Positions 1 through 12,396 of a DNA stretch of 64,000 bases are shown here, piece by piece. Source of the stretch: Naegleria gruberi (lineage: Eukaryota); assembly GCA_000004985.1 (NCBI GenBank), contig GG738878.1; one strand, written 5' to 3'. The notes under the pieces are model-generated. The model searched no databases and was not told where the DNA came from. It saw only the letters and a list, made by a program, of their open reading frames with translations. The translations under genes and the position numbers were made by a program. Within the stretch, counting starts at the first letter, position 1, and every line of letters begins with the position of its first letter.

Positions 1-2
1 AC

Positions 3-1089
3 TATCCAGTAACATCATCGTTGATACAGGTTGGAGGAACTTCGATTTGCTTACTGGTGGCAGTTGTTTTAAATTGGATAATCAAGACTAAATTATTGGA
101 TTTACCTCATCCTTATTTTGTGTTTAGTGGTGGATTGAAGCAATTCTTTTTGAAAATGTAAGTTGAATGAGGATGAAATTTGACATTTTGAAAGTAAGGA
201 GCTTGTGTTGGTTGCATTTCTATTTGCTTGTGTTATAGTATTGAGTAATTTGGGATTGGATAAGGCTTCTATTAATGTAAATGTTTTATTGAGGACAACG
301 AGTATTATTTGGATAATAATTTTATCATTTTTATTGAGATCTGAAAGACCATCTCTATTGCAAGTATTATTTGCATTATTAGTGACAGCTGGAGCAGTGT
401 TATTGAGTTTGGATGTTGGACTTGGATGGTCGGTCAAGACAACTAATATTCCTGCTGTGATTGTTAATTTGGCATCTGCTCTTTGTACTGGTATCATGTT
501 TGTTTCAATGAGATTTGTTGTGGCGAGACAGGAAAAGTATGAACATTTGAGAATGGGACTTTTGGAAATGACCATGGTTAAAATGTTTATGGCAACTTTA
601 TTTATTGTAATTCCAGCATTGGCAATGGAAACTATTGTTCCATTTGCAGATGCCAAAGTAACAGTATGGCAAATATTATTTACAAAATTGGATATGTTAG
701 TAATGGTCTTGGGAGGAGTATTGATCACCTTACTATTCCAAGGTTCCATTCTATCTTTGACAGTTTACTCAAAAGCTCTCAGTGTTGGAATCATTCAACA
801 ATTTATGATATTTCCACAAGTTGCTTTATATACTATCATTAGTGTAACTCATCTGGTACCAAGAAATTGGAATATTCAAGTATTGCAACCAACATGGTCA
901 CATATTACTGGTGGATCGTTAATTATTGCTGGAACTTTCTTTTATGGAATTTTGAGAATTGTTAAAACAATTGACCAAAAGAGAAGAATGAAGCAATTAC
1001 AGGATTCTCCATCGATCAATGAAGAAACAACATCTCTGGTCAATTCCAAAGAGCAAATACCTAAAAAGTGGTATGATTGGATTATTTAA
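3..1089 (+). CDS. Multi-pass membrane transporter of the DMT superfamily (nucleotide-sugar/triose-phosphate-transporter-like), 3' part. The gene starts upstream of the window. A putative exon at 3..157 is joined by a 37-nt GTAAGT...AG intron (158..194) to the exon at 195..1089.
   Basis: The long ORF encodes about 8 hydrophobic helices (LVAFLFACVIVLSNL..., LLVTAGAVLLSLDVG...). The upstream in-frame hydrophobic segment (YPVTSSLIQVGGTSICLLVAVVLNWIIKTKLL...FFLK) ends at a GTAAGT, and the acceptor restores the frame. The antisense ORF 102..749 is probably spurious. Confidence 0.5.
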
Positions 1090-1153
1090 TTAAGACGAGT
1101 AAAGAGAGAAAATTGAGCTTTCGAATAATCAAAACTATTTAATATATAACTAT

Positions 1154-1777
1154 TTAATAAAAGATGGAATCGATAAGCATCATCAAGAAACCAATCATTA
1201 CCAAAACAGCAACCGATGAAGAAACATGATACAAAACACCACCATAAACAATTGGAGAAGAGGCATCATTCTTAATAGAAGCACCAACACCAATAGTTCC
1301 ATTGTTGGAATTACCTGGATTGTTATTTCCAGGATTAGATGAAGTGGAACAGATTGGAAGTTGAGGAGTACCACTTGTCAAAGTTCCATTGGTAATACCG
1401 ATGGCATTTGGAGCCCAAGCGAATTGAGAAATTGTAGAATTGGTAGTATTAGATCTAAGAAAATCAATAATTTGAACTCCAAATGTGTATTGTGTAAGAG
1501 TGAGGAGAGTTCTCAAGTTTACAACAATTGAAGCTGAATTGATGGAATTAGGTAATGGAGTGGAAATATTGGAAACATTAACAATCCAAACGTAGGATCT
1601 TGAGATGAGAGTATAGTTTGGAGCAATTGCAATAGTTGGATTAATAGTCAATGTCAAATTTGTTTGACAGGCATTTAATTGCGATCCAGAAGGTGACAAG
1701 GTTAAACTTGTTGCTTGAGCATTGATTAGAGCAATACTTGCAATAAGAGCAAGTAATAGAAGAATGAATCTGGTCAT
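1154..1777 (-). CDS. Secreted Ser/Thr/Asn-rich glycoprotein with an N-terminal signal peptide and a C-terminal hydrophobic tail (GPI-anchor-like).
   Basis: MTRFILLLLALIASIALINA is a signal peptide. The protein has many N-x-S/T sequons, and the terminal stretch VAVLVMIGFLMMLI is hydrophobic. Confidence 0.5.
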   Translation of the reverse strand: MTRFILLLLALIASIALINAQATSLTLSPSGSQLNACQTNLTLTINPTIAIAPNYTLISRSYVWIVNVSNISTPLPNSINSASIVVNLRTLLTLTQYTFGVQIIDFLRSNTTNSTISQFAWAPNAIGITNGTLTSGTPQLPICSTSSNPGNNNPGNSNNGTIGVGASIKNDASSPIVYGGVLYHVSSSVAVLVMIGFLMMLIDSIFY

Positions 1778-1967
1778 TTTGTTTGTTGTCTATTTCTTGT
1801 AATCAACACAATAGTTTTTATTGGGAAATTTCGATGTTTCCTTTCAATACTATTTTAGGCTTGCTACAAAGTTGACCTAGTGATGTTTAGAGGTTCGTTT
1901 AGCAAATGTAAATTTTCCAACAATCTAAAGTGAGTAATCTTCTTTTACAGGTGACAATTCCTTTCTT

Positions 1968-3461
1968 TTATTCCTCTTCCAAGTTAGAAGTACTGCCGTT
2001 GGTGTTGATTTGTGGTTTTCTGTATTGAAGAGTCGGAGCTTCAAGGAATTGTTTTGCCTCTTCAACCTTATTCTGACTCACAAACTTGAGAACAACGTCT
2101 ACAATTAATTTGACATGATTATTTTCATTAATGTGTCTGGAAATGTCAAACATGAGTTTTTTAAGGGTGTTTGAGGTAATGTTCTTATTGATGTAGTTGG
2201 CTAATTCTCGTTGAGTTGGATTTTCTTCCATTATTTTCTTAACACGTTGCAGTGTTCTTTCAGAGAATTGATCAATGACATTCCACAGTTCATCATTGAA
2301 TGTTTTTAAATATTCCTTTTCCTCTTCAGTGTTTAGAATTGGAATCAAATCATCAATTCCTCCCTCTAAAACTAACCACCATGAGTGAGATTCATTGATG
2401 TAGTTGAATTCCAATCGTTGTTTCTTAAAGTGAATAGTACTGTACCAATCTGATTTTACCTTGTACATTTCACCATTCCAAAATCGAATAACGCATCCTT
2501 CAAAATCTGTCTTTTTCTTAATTTCAGCAATAATCTCTGCAATTGAATGCTGTTTATCTTCTTGGAAGTGAAATTCGGTTGATTTTACACAATCAATCGA
2601 GTACTTGTTGGCAATATTTGTCATTTCATCAAATTCAACATAATCACCATTAATGGTATCTCTAATAGCAATCAAACTCAATTGTGGTGAATCATAGATA
2701 ATTACAATCTTGTAATCTGGTGAGCAGAATTCAAAAATTGGTGTAAATCCTTTCTCAATATAATCCAAACAGAATCGGACTGTATTTTTGAGTTGAAATT
2801 GTGAAGAATTCTGTAAAAATTGATCAACTGTTGGTATTAATTGTTCATATTCCTCATTGGAAACTTCTCTCAACCCATACATGTACTTTTCACATCCTTT
2901 AGATGTGGAATTATGTCCAAAACCTTGTTTAGTTCTAAATCTGAGTCTCTTCTTCATTTCTCCATTCACCTCAATCGTTTCCAATATTGGAATTACCAAA
3001 CTTCCATCCAATTTATCCAAAACATGCATCTTCTTACTCAATTTAACACTCTCTTCCAACTTGTCTTGCACTTTCTTCATATTCGTCTCTTCCTTCTCTC
3101 CAACATTGAAGAATTTATGCAAACAACGTGAAACAAGCTTTCCAGATGCACTATCAAAGGCCAATCCTCTAATTTCCCTCCTAATTAAATCATCAATCGT
3201 TCTGATGGGTGAAGGAAACGTTGTAGAAGTCACTCTCCGATAACTAATATAAATAAAACCTCTTCCATCATTATTTACATTAAATTCCTTAGCATCTCCG
3301 ATGGATTTTAAACATTGATCCAAGCATTCAATAATTGGCCATCCTTGCTCTCCAACACTTTCACCCACAATAAATGGTGATGATGAGGTTTCTGTTGTTG
3401 TTGTTGTTGTATGATCTTTTTCTGAGGTTGGGGGTGATGATTGTTGTTGTTGTGGAATCAT
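1968..3461 (-). CDS. Putative ATP-dependent RNA ligase (T4 Rnl1-like nucleotidyltransferase).
   Basis: Nucleotidyltransferase motif I KLDGSLV, a downstream EGCVIRF (motif IV-like) and YKVKSDWY (motif V-like). The N-terminus is poly-Q/Thr low complexity. Confidence 0.45.
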   Translation of the reverse strand: MIPQQQQSSPPTSEKDHTTTTTTETSSSPFIVGESVGEQGWPIIECLDQCLKSIGDAKEFNVNNDGRGFIYISYRRVTSTTFPSPIRTIDDLIRREIRGLAFDSASGKLVSRCLHKFFNVGEKEETNMKKVQDKLEESVKLSKKMHVLDKLDGSLVIPILETIEVNGEMKKRLRFRTKQGFGHNSTSKGCEKYMYGLREVSNEEYEQLIPTVDQFLQNSSQFQLKNTVRFCLDYIEKGFTPIFEFCSPDYKIVIIYDSPQLSLIAIRDTINGDYVEFDEMTNIANKYSIDCVKSTEFHFQEDKQHSIAEIIAEIKKKTDFEGCVIRFWNGEMYKVKSDWYSTIHFKKQRLEFNYINESHSWWLVLEGGIDDLIPILNTEEEKEYLKTFNDELWNVIDQFSERTLQRVKKIMEENPTQRELANYINKNITSNTLKKLMFDISRHINENNHVKLIVDVVLKFVSQNKVEEAKQFLEAPTLQYRKPQINTNGSTSNLEEE

Positions 3462-3742
3462 TTTTTTTTTGTAAATTTGGATGAACTTGTGAAAATTGCA
3501 CTTTTAGAGTTGAAAAAGTGCAATTTGGTGGATTGCAGTGACATTGTTAAATTTGTTAAATATTTTTGTAAACAGTCAACTTGTGTGTACTATATTGTTG
3601 AAATTACTGTTCTTTATAAAAGAATCTAATTGGATTAGTAGAATGGAAATGTCCTACTTCACTACCATAATAAAAACATGTCAATTTTCAACCCATGTGA
3701 ATATGTGACCTGAAATTAACATGTCATCTTGTTTATTAAAAA

Positions 3743-6700
3743 ATGTCAGCACTCAAAGCGGTGATTTTGTTGCTTTGTATTAGTGTATTTGCATCCTGTA
3801 CTAATGCATGGGATGAGTTGGAGACTGCTACTACGTATTTTGCTTCTAGAAAGCCATTTCACATGAAACGCCAAATGTCAGACCAACAATTTTTCATCAG
3901 AGCCAAGGAAAGAATTAAATCTCATACCAAAATGACAAGTAAAAGACTCATAGGACCTGATGGCTCATTGTCCAATAAGGATAACAAACAATTCTTTGCC
4001 TATGACGCTACATTGACTTTTGACACTGTCAATTTAGACATGCATCCTGACGTGTTAGATATTGGATGTTCCAAAGACAGACTTTACTTGAAAGTGAGAA
4101 AGACCAGACATACCAATACTCATATCAAGATTGGTTCATTATTAGTTTCAAGTATGGACGATTTTGAATGTGAAATTGGTCAACCAACTGATGAACCAGT
4201 TTTGTACAGATTGGCAGAAAATATTCATGAAGTGAAAACTGAAAATGGAGAAATTGTCTATGTGGTAGATACTAAAACAATTGAATTTAATCAAGTTTTC
4301 ACACACATCAAACTTCAAACTCATAATCCAAGTGTCAAACAACCTGAATCGAGCTCTGTAACTCAAACAACGCCAAACAAACGTTGGAGTGTCAATAGAT
4401 CTTTTGATATTGTCAATTTTAATTGGGATAGAGATAGAAAAACTGCCAGAAATCCATCCATTGAAAATCAAGAAGGAAATTTCAAATATGTCTGCAGTAA
4501 TTGTTATTTCTACAGTACAGTTCGGTTTACAATGGAAATTAACTTTAGATGGTGTAAACCAAATAGAGCTGCTGCATCAGTTCACTTTGACAATGCATTG
4601 AATGCTAATTTGACAATGACAGCTGAATTTGAAAAGACAAAAGACTTTACAATTTTGAAAAAGAAGAAAATTACTAGTATCAAGTTTACAATTCTAGCAA
4701 TTCCAGTTGTTGTAAATGTAAATTTTGCATTGGAAGGTCAATTACAAGTTCAAGCAAAAATTCAATTTAATGTTGCCGCTTCCTTTTCAAGAGAAGGTCA
4801 ATTTGGATTCAATTATGATAAGAGGAGAGGACATTTCAATTGGATTAAATCATTCAAGGGTCAAGATTTGAAATATAGCTTTAAATTACAAGAAGTTAGT
4901 TTAGAAATTAAGCTTTATTTAATTCCTGTTTTGGGAATTGACGTTTATGGATTATTGGTTTTGGATATGAAATTTAAACCATGGATCAAAGTTGGCGGCA
5001 AGTATTTGAATCCAGCAGATGATGGATGCAAGTTATCTTATGAAAGTTCTTGGGGAATGGATGGTAGTTTCCACGTTGGAAGAATGAAACTAAAGAAGTG
5101 GACTATTTTCGATGGTCGTGATCATGATTGGACATTTATTAATGAAAGAAAAATCAAATCATTATCTGGTTGTTGGATTAAGGAGCCAACTCAACCTGCT
5201 CCTCCAACAGATGATGGTCAATCAGAGGATAGCTCAACATCCACGAGATCAATCAAGGCAATTCAATCAAGCACTAATTCAACATATTACAAACAAGTGG
5301 TTTCATGTTGTGATGATATGAAAATGTTGAATATTTCACAGAATACTACTTTGGTTCAGTACGAATTTCAACTTGATGACAATGTTCTTGACTATGGACA
5401 ATATTTGGTTTTTAATTTGACATACGACAACGTTGCTACAGTTCAATATGGCAGTGTATTGACCTATCCAGTTGACAAGAAGGTCTATGTCCCATTGTAT
5501 GAACTATTTAATACTCAAAATACCTCTTCAATCTTTGTTAGATTCACCAAAGAATTATCTGAACCCGTATTTATAGATTATTATTTGGAAAGGTCTGTTT
5601 TAGACATTGGAAAGACTATTAAAATGAAAAGAGGATTCATCGAAATTCAAGAACAAGAGATTCATCCTGATTACCTTTCATTCGCAGTTTCTGAAGGTTG
5701 CCAACTTAAGTTTGCAAACTCTACTTCCATTAGAGAAGATTCCTTAATAGATGTCACCACTCAAAACTATCCAATCAGATTGGAATTTATTGGAGAAGGA
5801 ACAGTTAATATCTATCCTATTTACAACTACTTAAGTGGAAATGACCTTTCCTTACTACTTGATACACCAATCAAATTTGGATTGAAATATTCTAGAAAAC
5901 TAATTGATGGTATGAAATTATCCCACTTACACGTTTCATCTAACAATGAGGGTGTTGAGGAGAATACTAATTTAGATGTAAACATTAGAATGAGTCATGG
6001 TCAATTATTCAGCATTGATAATTTTGGAGAATTGAGTCAACTGACTGCTACTTTTACTTTGGATGAAAGCATTTCTTCAGAAACTAACTATTTCTATTTT
6101 GATGTTAGTGGCAATTTTGGTCCTATGTATTTAGGTCTTGAACTAGTAGATGTTTATGATATAACTCCTTCAAGTACGAATCTATTCACTTTGAAATACT
6201 CAACCAGCTCACCATTTGTTGCATTATTGAATTTCACACAACTATTATCCAATTCGTCTGGCATTTCAATCAAAACAGACGGAATTTCAGATCTCTTCAT
6301 CGATGAATCAATTCCAACCAATTTCAAAAAGGAAAATTCAATGTGGATGAGTGGAAGTGATAGCTCTGAAGTTTTTGGATTTTCAGAATATTCCAATGAC
6401 GAACTAGTTGATATTGGATCTATTTATTTGAGAATAGAGCCTGTTGTACAATCAATCCAAACCAGAACTATACAAGAAATGTCTGGTCAATTGAATATTC
6501 AATCCTTAAAGAATGAAAACATTACAGTGAAATTTTCGTTCCGAGCCAACAGCAAGTCAGCACCTTCAGAAAGCATCAATCTCTCTGATTTGGTGAATGG
6601 AAATGTCAGTTTGATAATTAGCATCCTAGACGATCAATATTCCTTCGACAATTCAAAGATTGAAAGTGGCGACACTATAGTTAACTTTCTTTCTTCAATG

Positions 6701-6985
6701 ACATCCTCATCTATTACTTCCAGATGGGATGATACAATCATTCCAGTCATTGCCTATGCAATCAACGTAGAAGGTTTGGAATTGGAATTGGAAAATCCTC
6801 AAACTCTAGTATTGACCATTCCAAAAATTCCTCCATTCGAAAGTATGGACGAAACGATTACTCTTGGAGCTCTAGACGATGGTATCTTCCTACCAACACC
6901 AAGAGCAGTTAAAGCAATTGGTTCCATCAAACTTGTGAATAATGTCCTCACCAATGGCTACATTGGCACAATTTCTGAGCAATAA
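3743..6985 (+). CDS. Large secreted protein (1080 aa) of unknown function.
   Basis: Clean 3.2-kb ORF starting at an ATG with signal peptide MSALKAVILLLCISVFASCTNA. It is beta-rich and has no motif I can name. Confidence 0.6.
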   Translation: MSALKAVILLLCISVFASCTNAWDELETATTYFASRKPFHMKRQMSDQQFFIRAKERIKSHTKMTSKRLIGPDGSLSNKDNKQFFAYDATLTFDTVNLDMHPDVLDIGCSKDRLYLKVRKTRHTNTHIKIGSLLVSSMDDFECEIGQPTDEPVLYRLAENIHEVKTENGEIVYVVDTKTIEFNQVFTHIKLQTHNPSVKQPESSSVTQTTPNKRWSVNRSFDIVNFNWDRDRKTARNPSIENQEGNFKYVCSNCYFYSTVRFTMEINFRWCKPNRAAASVHFDNALNANLTMTAEFEKTKDFTILKKKKITSIKFTILAIPVVVNVNFALEGQLQVQAKIQFNVAASFSREGQFGFNYDKRRGHFNWIKSFKGQDLKYSFKLQEVSLEIKLYLIPVLGIDVYGLLVLDMKFKPWIKVGGKYLNPADDGCKLSYESSWGMDGSFHVGRMKLKKWTIFDGRDHDWTFINERKIKSLSGCWIKEPTQPAPPTDDGQSEDSSTSTRSIKAIQSSTNSTYYKQVVSCCDDMKMLNISQNTTLVQYEFQLDDNVLDYGQYLVFNLTYDNVATVQYGSVLTYPVDKKVYVPLYELFNTQNTSSIFVRFTKELSEPVFIDYYLERSVLDIGKTIKMKRGFIEIQEQEIHPDYLSFAVSEGCQLKFANSTSIREDSLIDVTTQNYPIRLEFIGEGTVNIYPIYNYLSGNDLSLLLDTPIKFGLKYSRKLIDGMKLSHLHVSSNNEGVEENTNLDVNIRMSHGQLFSIDNFGELSQLTATFTLDESISSETNYFYFDVSGNFGPMYLGLELVDVYDITPSSTNLFTLKYSTSSPFVALLNFTQLLSNSSGISIKTDGISDLFIDESIPTNFKKENSMWMSGSDSSEVFGFSEYSNDELVDIGSIYLRIEPVVQSIQTRTIQEMSGQLNIQSLKNENITVKFSFRANSKSAPSESINLSDLVNGNVSLIISILDDQYSFDNSKIESGDTIVNFLSSMTSSSITSRWDDTIIPVIAYAINVEGLELELENPQTLVLTIPKIPPFESMDETITLGALDDGIFLPTPRAVKAIGSIKLVNNVLTNGYIGTISEQ

Positions 6986-8911
6986 AGTGTGGAGAAGAAC
7001 GGTGAATAACTTTCCATTCAATTCCATTCCATTTCGAAAGTAATTTAAACATCATGCTGGAGAAAGAGGATGGACTTTTAAGAATTTGAAGTTTTTTCAA
7101 TTTTGGTGGTTTAAACTGTTGCAATAACTCAATATCTTTGTAAGATGAAAATGCACATTCCAATTCAATCAAATTCTCATTTTTACCCAATTCTTCAAAA
7201 AATTCTTTTGGAAATTCTTTCTTTATACAATTAATACTTAAATATTCCAAATTTCTCAGTACATCCAATTTAATAAGATCCATCAATTGCTCCTTTCCAC
7301 TGATTTCCACTGATAATCTCCTCAAATGTTTTAAATGTTTAAGCTTTTCCAAATTTTTGGAGATACCTGAGCATGTAAATAGCGATTCCAAATTATTCAA
7401 ACAATCATTAGAAAACATATAAAAATCTATATCTCCTAGGACTCTTATACGTAAATGCTTCAAATTTTTAAATAAGCTCAAATTACTCAAACTAAATGCT
7501 AAATCTTTGGTTACATATACACTAAATACTAATGTTTCTAAATTCCTCAATGTATTATTAATGAAAAATTTTTCAGTGCCCCTTTTAAATACTCTCGAAA
7601 TTATTTGCAATATTTTCAGATTTGAAAAGTTATATTTCCATGCATGATTAAGATCAAGACAATAACTGTCTTGATCAATTTTTTTTTGAATAAGTATTTT
7701 AAATTTAGAATCATATCAGTGTCAGCAACTTCATCATCTTGCTCGCTTGCATCTATCATGTATGCTCTTAAAATTTCTAATGTTTTAATATTATTAAGAA
7801 TCGTTATTAGTTGGCTTTCACCATCGAGATGTATCTCCAAAATTGAGAGGAGTTTCAAATTTAAAATTGGAGAAATATTGCTAAATATATCATCAATTCT
7901 CAATATTCTAAGGCAGTCAGTATAATTATTGATAATTAGTGATAGATTTTTCATATTATCATACACACCCATTTGTATATCTAAAATTTTCAAATTATAT
8001 AAATTTCTGTCTTTTAATTCTATTTTGTTAGAACTATTTTTAATTTTTATAGATTGTATAGTAGGTTTCTTGAAATGGAATGTGAAAGTTTTATCATTTT
8101 CCTCAAATAACACCCCAATGATAAGGTGTTTGATGTTTACACATTTGAGAATTAATTTTAATAGAGAATCGGGTTCATATTGAGAATGTATTTCCAAATT
8201 TTCTATTTGAATTAAATCACAATTAGGTGTTATAGTAGATTTTCCTATCAATAAATTGTTAACAGTATTAATAACATTCCTAAATTGTTTTGAAACTGTC
8301 AAGTATTTAAAAATCTCAAAATCATAATTTAAATATGCAAATACTCTGCGTAATGCATCATCACAAAATAATTCCGAACATGTTTTGATTTGTTTGGTTT
8401 TCAACTCAAGTTTATCGTGATCAACACCTAGATTACTAATTTCCTCAAATTTACGTTTGTTCTTTTTTTCATCAGTGCTACTTCCACCCGATTTTAATTT
8501 ACACAATTCAATTTCCAATTTTAATTCTTCCTGTCTTGCTTTTGATTGTATTGCTTTGGCTTCTTCTTGTTTCAATTTTAATTCTTCTTGAGTGAATTGT
8601 AATTTTAATTCTTCTTGTCTTAATTTCATCTTCCACAATTCAAATATTTGTTCCGAAGAGAGTCCAAGCCTTTGACATTGTTCAATGAAATCATCAGAGT
8701 TCGCACCGTTCAGCTGCGCCACAGCATTTTGTTGCAACATTTTTTTAAGCTCGCTTTCCATTAATCTTTGGATGATAAATTGTAACAAGTTTATGATGCT
8801 AATTGTTAAACAACCATTCATGATATTGCCAAATCTAGTCATTTGATTATAATACTCACAATATTTAACATATGTACCCTGACACTCAATTGGGTAATTG
8901 TTTTCCATCAT
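6948..8911 (-). CDS. F-box-like/leucine-rich-repeat protein with an N-terminal coiled coil, currently split into two ORFs (7616..8911 and 6948..7610) by a frame break in an A9/T9 homopolymer near 7680-7690.
   Basis: F-box-like segment CSELFCDDALRRVFAYLNYDFEIFKYLTVSKQFRNVI. The irregular LRRs (LxxLxLxxN...) continue seamlessly into the second ORF if one A is added to the A9 run (...KYLFKKK[I]DQDSYCLDLNHAWKYNFSNLKILQIISRVFKRG...). Confidence 0.5.
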
Positions 8912-9236
8912 TCTAAAAAGGAATTGACAATATTAAATTACATAATACTACCCAAATAAGAAATATGATTACAATCCATGTGATTAAATATCTTTCATTG
9001 TAAAAGATATTTAATATTATTAGCCATTACATAACATTGTATTAAAGATTGTGTTGAACAATTCATTTCACATGTGAAAGTTGACTATTTCTTTGATTAC
9101 CCTAACGGTTATTTGAAATTGTTCATGTTTTTCCTTTTGGTGCCCAGTAATGCACAACGAACTGCTTATGAGACCCGTTATGACATGAGCGTTTGCTGGC
9201 AGACAAGTGACAGGAACAAAAAATTTAAATAAAAAA

Positions 9237-12200
9237 ATGTCAGAAACAAAGAAGCCATCGTCATCTACATCTCCATCTACTGGTACGGCAAAACCAGTCA
9301 AAGGAGTACAAAAATTGGCAGGTGACATTGGTAAGAAATATAAATTACTTGTCCAAATTATGACATCCGATCCAAGATATGCCAAAGCACTAGCAGATGT
9401 TGTTCCACCTGCACAACATGAAAAACTTGCCGATTCATTAATTTCACTTTCCTATGAAATTGGAGCATCACTTGCCATTATTAAATCTTTAATTGGTTTA
9501 GAATTTGATAGAAAACAATCTCATCCTAGTACCATTCTCAGAGTTAATTCTATCGTTTCTAAAATGATGGGTAAATATACTAAAAGAGTTGGTACTCAAT
9601 ATTTAAAATTGTTATTGAGCAAGGTTGTGAATGAAGTTGTTGAACAGGCAGAAACTTTGGATTTGGAAGTTGATCCAGAGAAAGTTCAAGGAGAAAACAA
9701 ACAAGAGATTATTGATCGTCGTCTTCAACAAATTGAAGAAGTTTGTCAACGTTTTCTCGATCGTATTACTTCTGAATCAATGATTGAAGAAATGCCACGT
9801 GAATTGAGAGCTGTTTGCTATTTTTTGAAACAATATGGTGAATATTACAAGTTTGATATTGAAAAGATGATTTTACCATTGATTTCTGGTTTTGTTTGTT
9901 TACGTTATATTTGTCCTGTTATTGCCATGCCTCAAAATGCTGATATTATTAAAATGGATGATTGGAAGAAGGGATGTGTCAGACAAAATTTAACACAAAT
10001 TGCAAAAGTGTAAGTTTTTATTAATATTTTATAATATTTATTATTAATATTTTATTTAATAATTGATAATATTTGATAATATTGTCTTTTATTTGATTGT
10101 ATTTGATAATAATTGATGGGTATTTTAAAATAACTGTTCATATTTTCAATGAATGTCATTGTAAATTGACAATTCTTGATGTGTTTTACAAAAATAGAAT
10201 TCAAAAATTGGCCAATGGTGAATTGTTTGATACAGCAACACCTTCACTCATGCCATTGAATGGTTGGATTCAAAAGAATCAAGAAGGTATTTTCAAATAT
10301 ATGGCTCAACTTCCAGTTGATCCAAAACAACAAGAAGGTTTGAATCCATTCGGTGATTTGCAACGTTCCATTACATTTGAAGATATTCACTACAAATCAT
10401 TTGATATGGATGATTTATTGTTCCTTCACACTTTAATTTATGATTATGGTTATGAGTTAATTGTTTCATTGCAAAATGAAGTTATCATGACACATGACAA
10501 GAGACCAGTTAGTATTGTGAGTACAGAAACTGACTTTTTATCACTTGTTCAAGATTTGGGACCTCCACCAGAAAAAGATAGAAAACTTCCACTTCCTGAA
10601 AAGAAACAAGAACCACCAAGAAAGGGCTCTGTTAAACCAAGTGATAAGAAAGACGAAACTGCACAACCTCAAAACAAACTCCAAAGAGAAACACTTGTTG
10701 GTAAGACATATGATCAAATTCAAGAAAAGGTTTTGGAACGTTCAATGGACAATTTGATGAAGAATAGTGAAAAGTTTGACTTGTCTGAGCTTGATAGAAC
10801 TAGATTTTTATATGTTGGTAAGCCAACTCGTCAAAATTTACCTGTTGTGTACTTGATTTTGCATCGTTTAAAGCAAGAATTTTTGAATCACAATGACAAG
10901 TTAATGATTTACATTTACAAAACTTTGGGTGCATTGTTTAATCAAAAGTATTGCTTGATTATTGATTTGAGTTGGGCTGATATGGCTGATGAATATCAAG
11001 CTTTATTATACAGAGCTGTTGTTGCCTTTGCTAGATTAATGAAGATTGAACATTTGGCCAATTGTCAACAAATTTATATTTTGCATCCAAATTTCAAGAC
11101 CAAGACAGCTGTTGATGATATTTTCAATATTATTCCAAATGAAACTAGACAAAGATTAATCAAGGTCAAGTATGATTGGACCTCTTTGAGTGATATCATT
11201 GAACCAATCAAGATTTGGATTCCATTCGTTTCTAAAAAGTTTATTCCAACCACTTACAATCTCATGTTAATGAAGGAAAAGGGTGACAGTGGTAATGAAC
11301 GTTTAATGAAGATTACCAACGATTCACTTCTCGTTTTGGACTCTAAATTGGGAACTGTTCTCGATGAAATTCCATTCACAACCATTGTTGACATTAGAAT
11401 TAAGAAGAATTGTAATGAATTCTTGATCAAACACAAGACTGAAACAGAACACATGTTAAAGGAAAGAGGTGGTGATCTTGGATACATTTCCAAGAATATT
11501 GCAACTGCCAATCAAACAGAAGTTGTCAAGAGATTCAATTGTGTCTCTGATCAACAAAGAGATAACCTTGTTGAAACCATTGCTGATGTTGGTGTAAGAT
11601 GTACTTCATTGGAAAAGAAACAAACTTTCATTGTTGAAAAGGATACTAAATCTGGAAAGAGACAAAAGAGAATTCTCAAATTTGCCTATGACTCTGTACT
11701 CGTCTTTAAGGAAGGTGTTATTAAGAGAGAAATTCCATTCTCCACACTCCAATCCTTCTATATTGATAAGGAAGAAAAGAGTAGAATGTTCATTAACTTT
11801 ATGTTACTAGGAAGAAAGAAGGCATACGTTGTCTATCATGAAAATGCAACAGCTCTTCGTGATAGCTTGTTGGACACTGTTGTTAGATTCAAGTTTAATG
11901 TTGATCTTGAAAAGGAACTTTTCATTAGAAAGGATTTGGATGCAGTTGTTGATCGTTTCTTCTCTGCTGCCAAGGACAAGACTCTCACTGATGAATCTGG
12001 TTTAACCTCTGACATCAAACAAATCGTCAATATTCACAATGCTTCTGAAGATATTAAGAAATTATTCTACAAATTCAATCCTCAGAATGATAAGCGTGCT
12101 CCACTAAGTGTCGATAAGATGAGAATTATTGCTACAAGTCTCAATGTTGATTTTTCTGAAGAACATAGCAGACATTTGGTTAGCATTTTGGATGAAAAGA

Positions 12201-12343
12201 GTGTTGGTTATGTGGTTTTGGATGATATTGTAAGGAATTACATCCTCAACAAGAGAATGAAGGGTATGATTCAAAAGAGAAAGGATGCACTTGTTAAGAG
12301 AAATGAAATACTTCAAAAGCAAGGATCCTCTTCATCTAAGTAA
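9237..12343 (+). CDS. RasGAP-domain protein (neurofibromin-like GAP plus a Sec14-like C-terminal region). Two exons, 9237..10009 and 10198..12343, separated by a 188-nt AT-rich intron.
   Basis: RasGAP signature region ...ILRVNSIVSKMMGKYTKRVGTQYLKLLL... (FLRxNS-type). Exon 1 ends at GTAAGT (10010) and the acceptor is ...aaaatag|a at 10197. The junction reads QIAK-V-IQKLANGELFD in frame. The track start at 9207 is a GTG, and the true ATG is at 9237. Confidence 0.65.
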
Positions 12344-12396
12344 AATAATGTACTTTAATAAAACAGTTTAGAAATTGAATTCATGTTCAGCTTTCA

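Noticed and set aside
102-749. 215-aa minus-strand ORF overlapping the transporter gene, and similar antisense ORFs (2841-3243, 4148-4471, 25792-26238, 31354-31545, 33521-33715, 37934-38200)
   Set aside because: They lie antisense to much longer, homology-supported genes. The 31354 and 33521 pair is conserved only because the sense RGS genes are paralogs.
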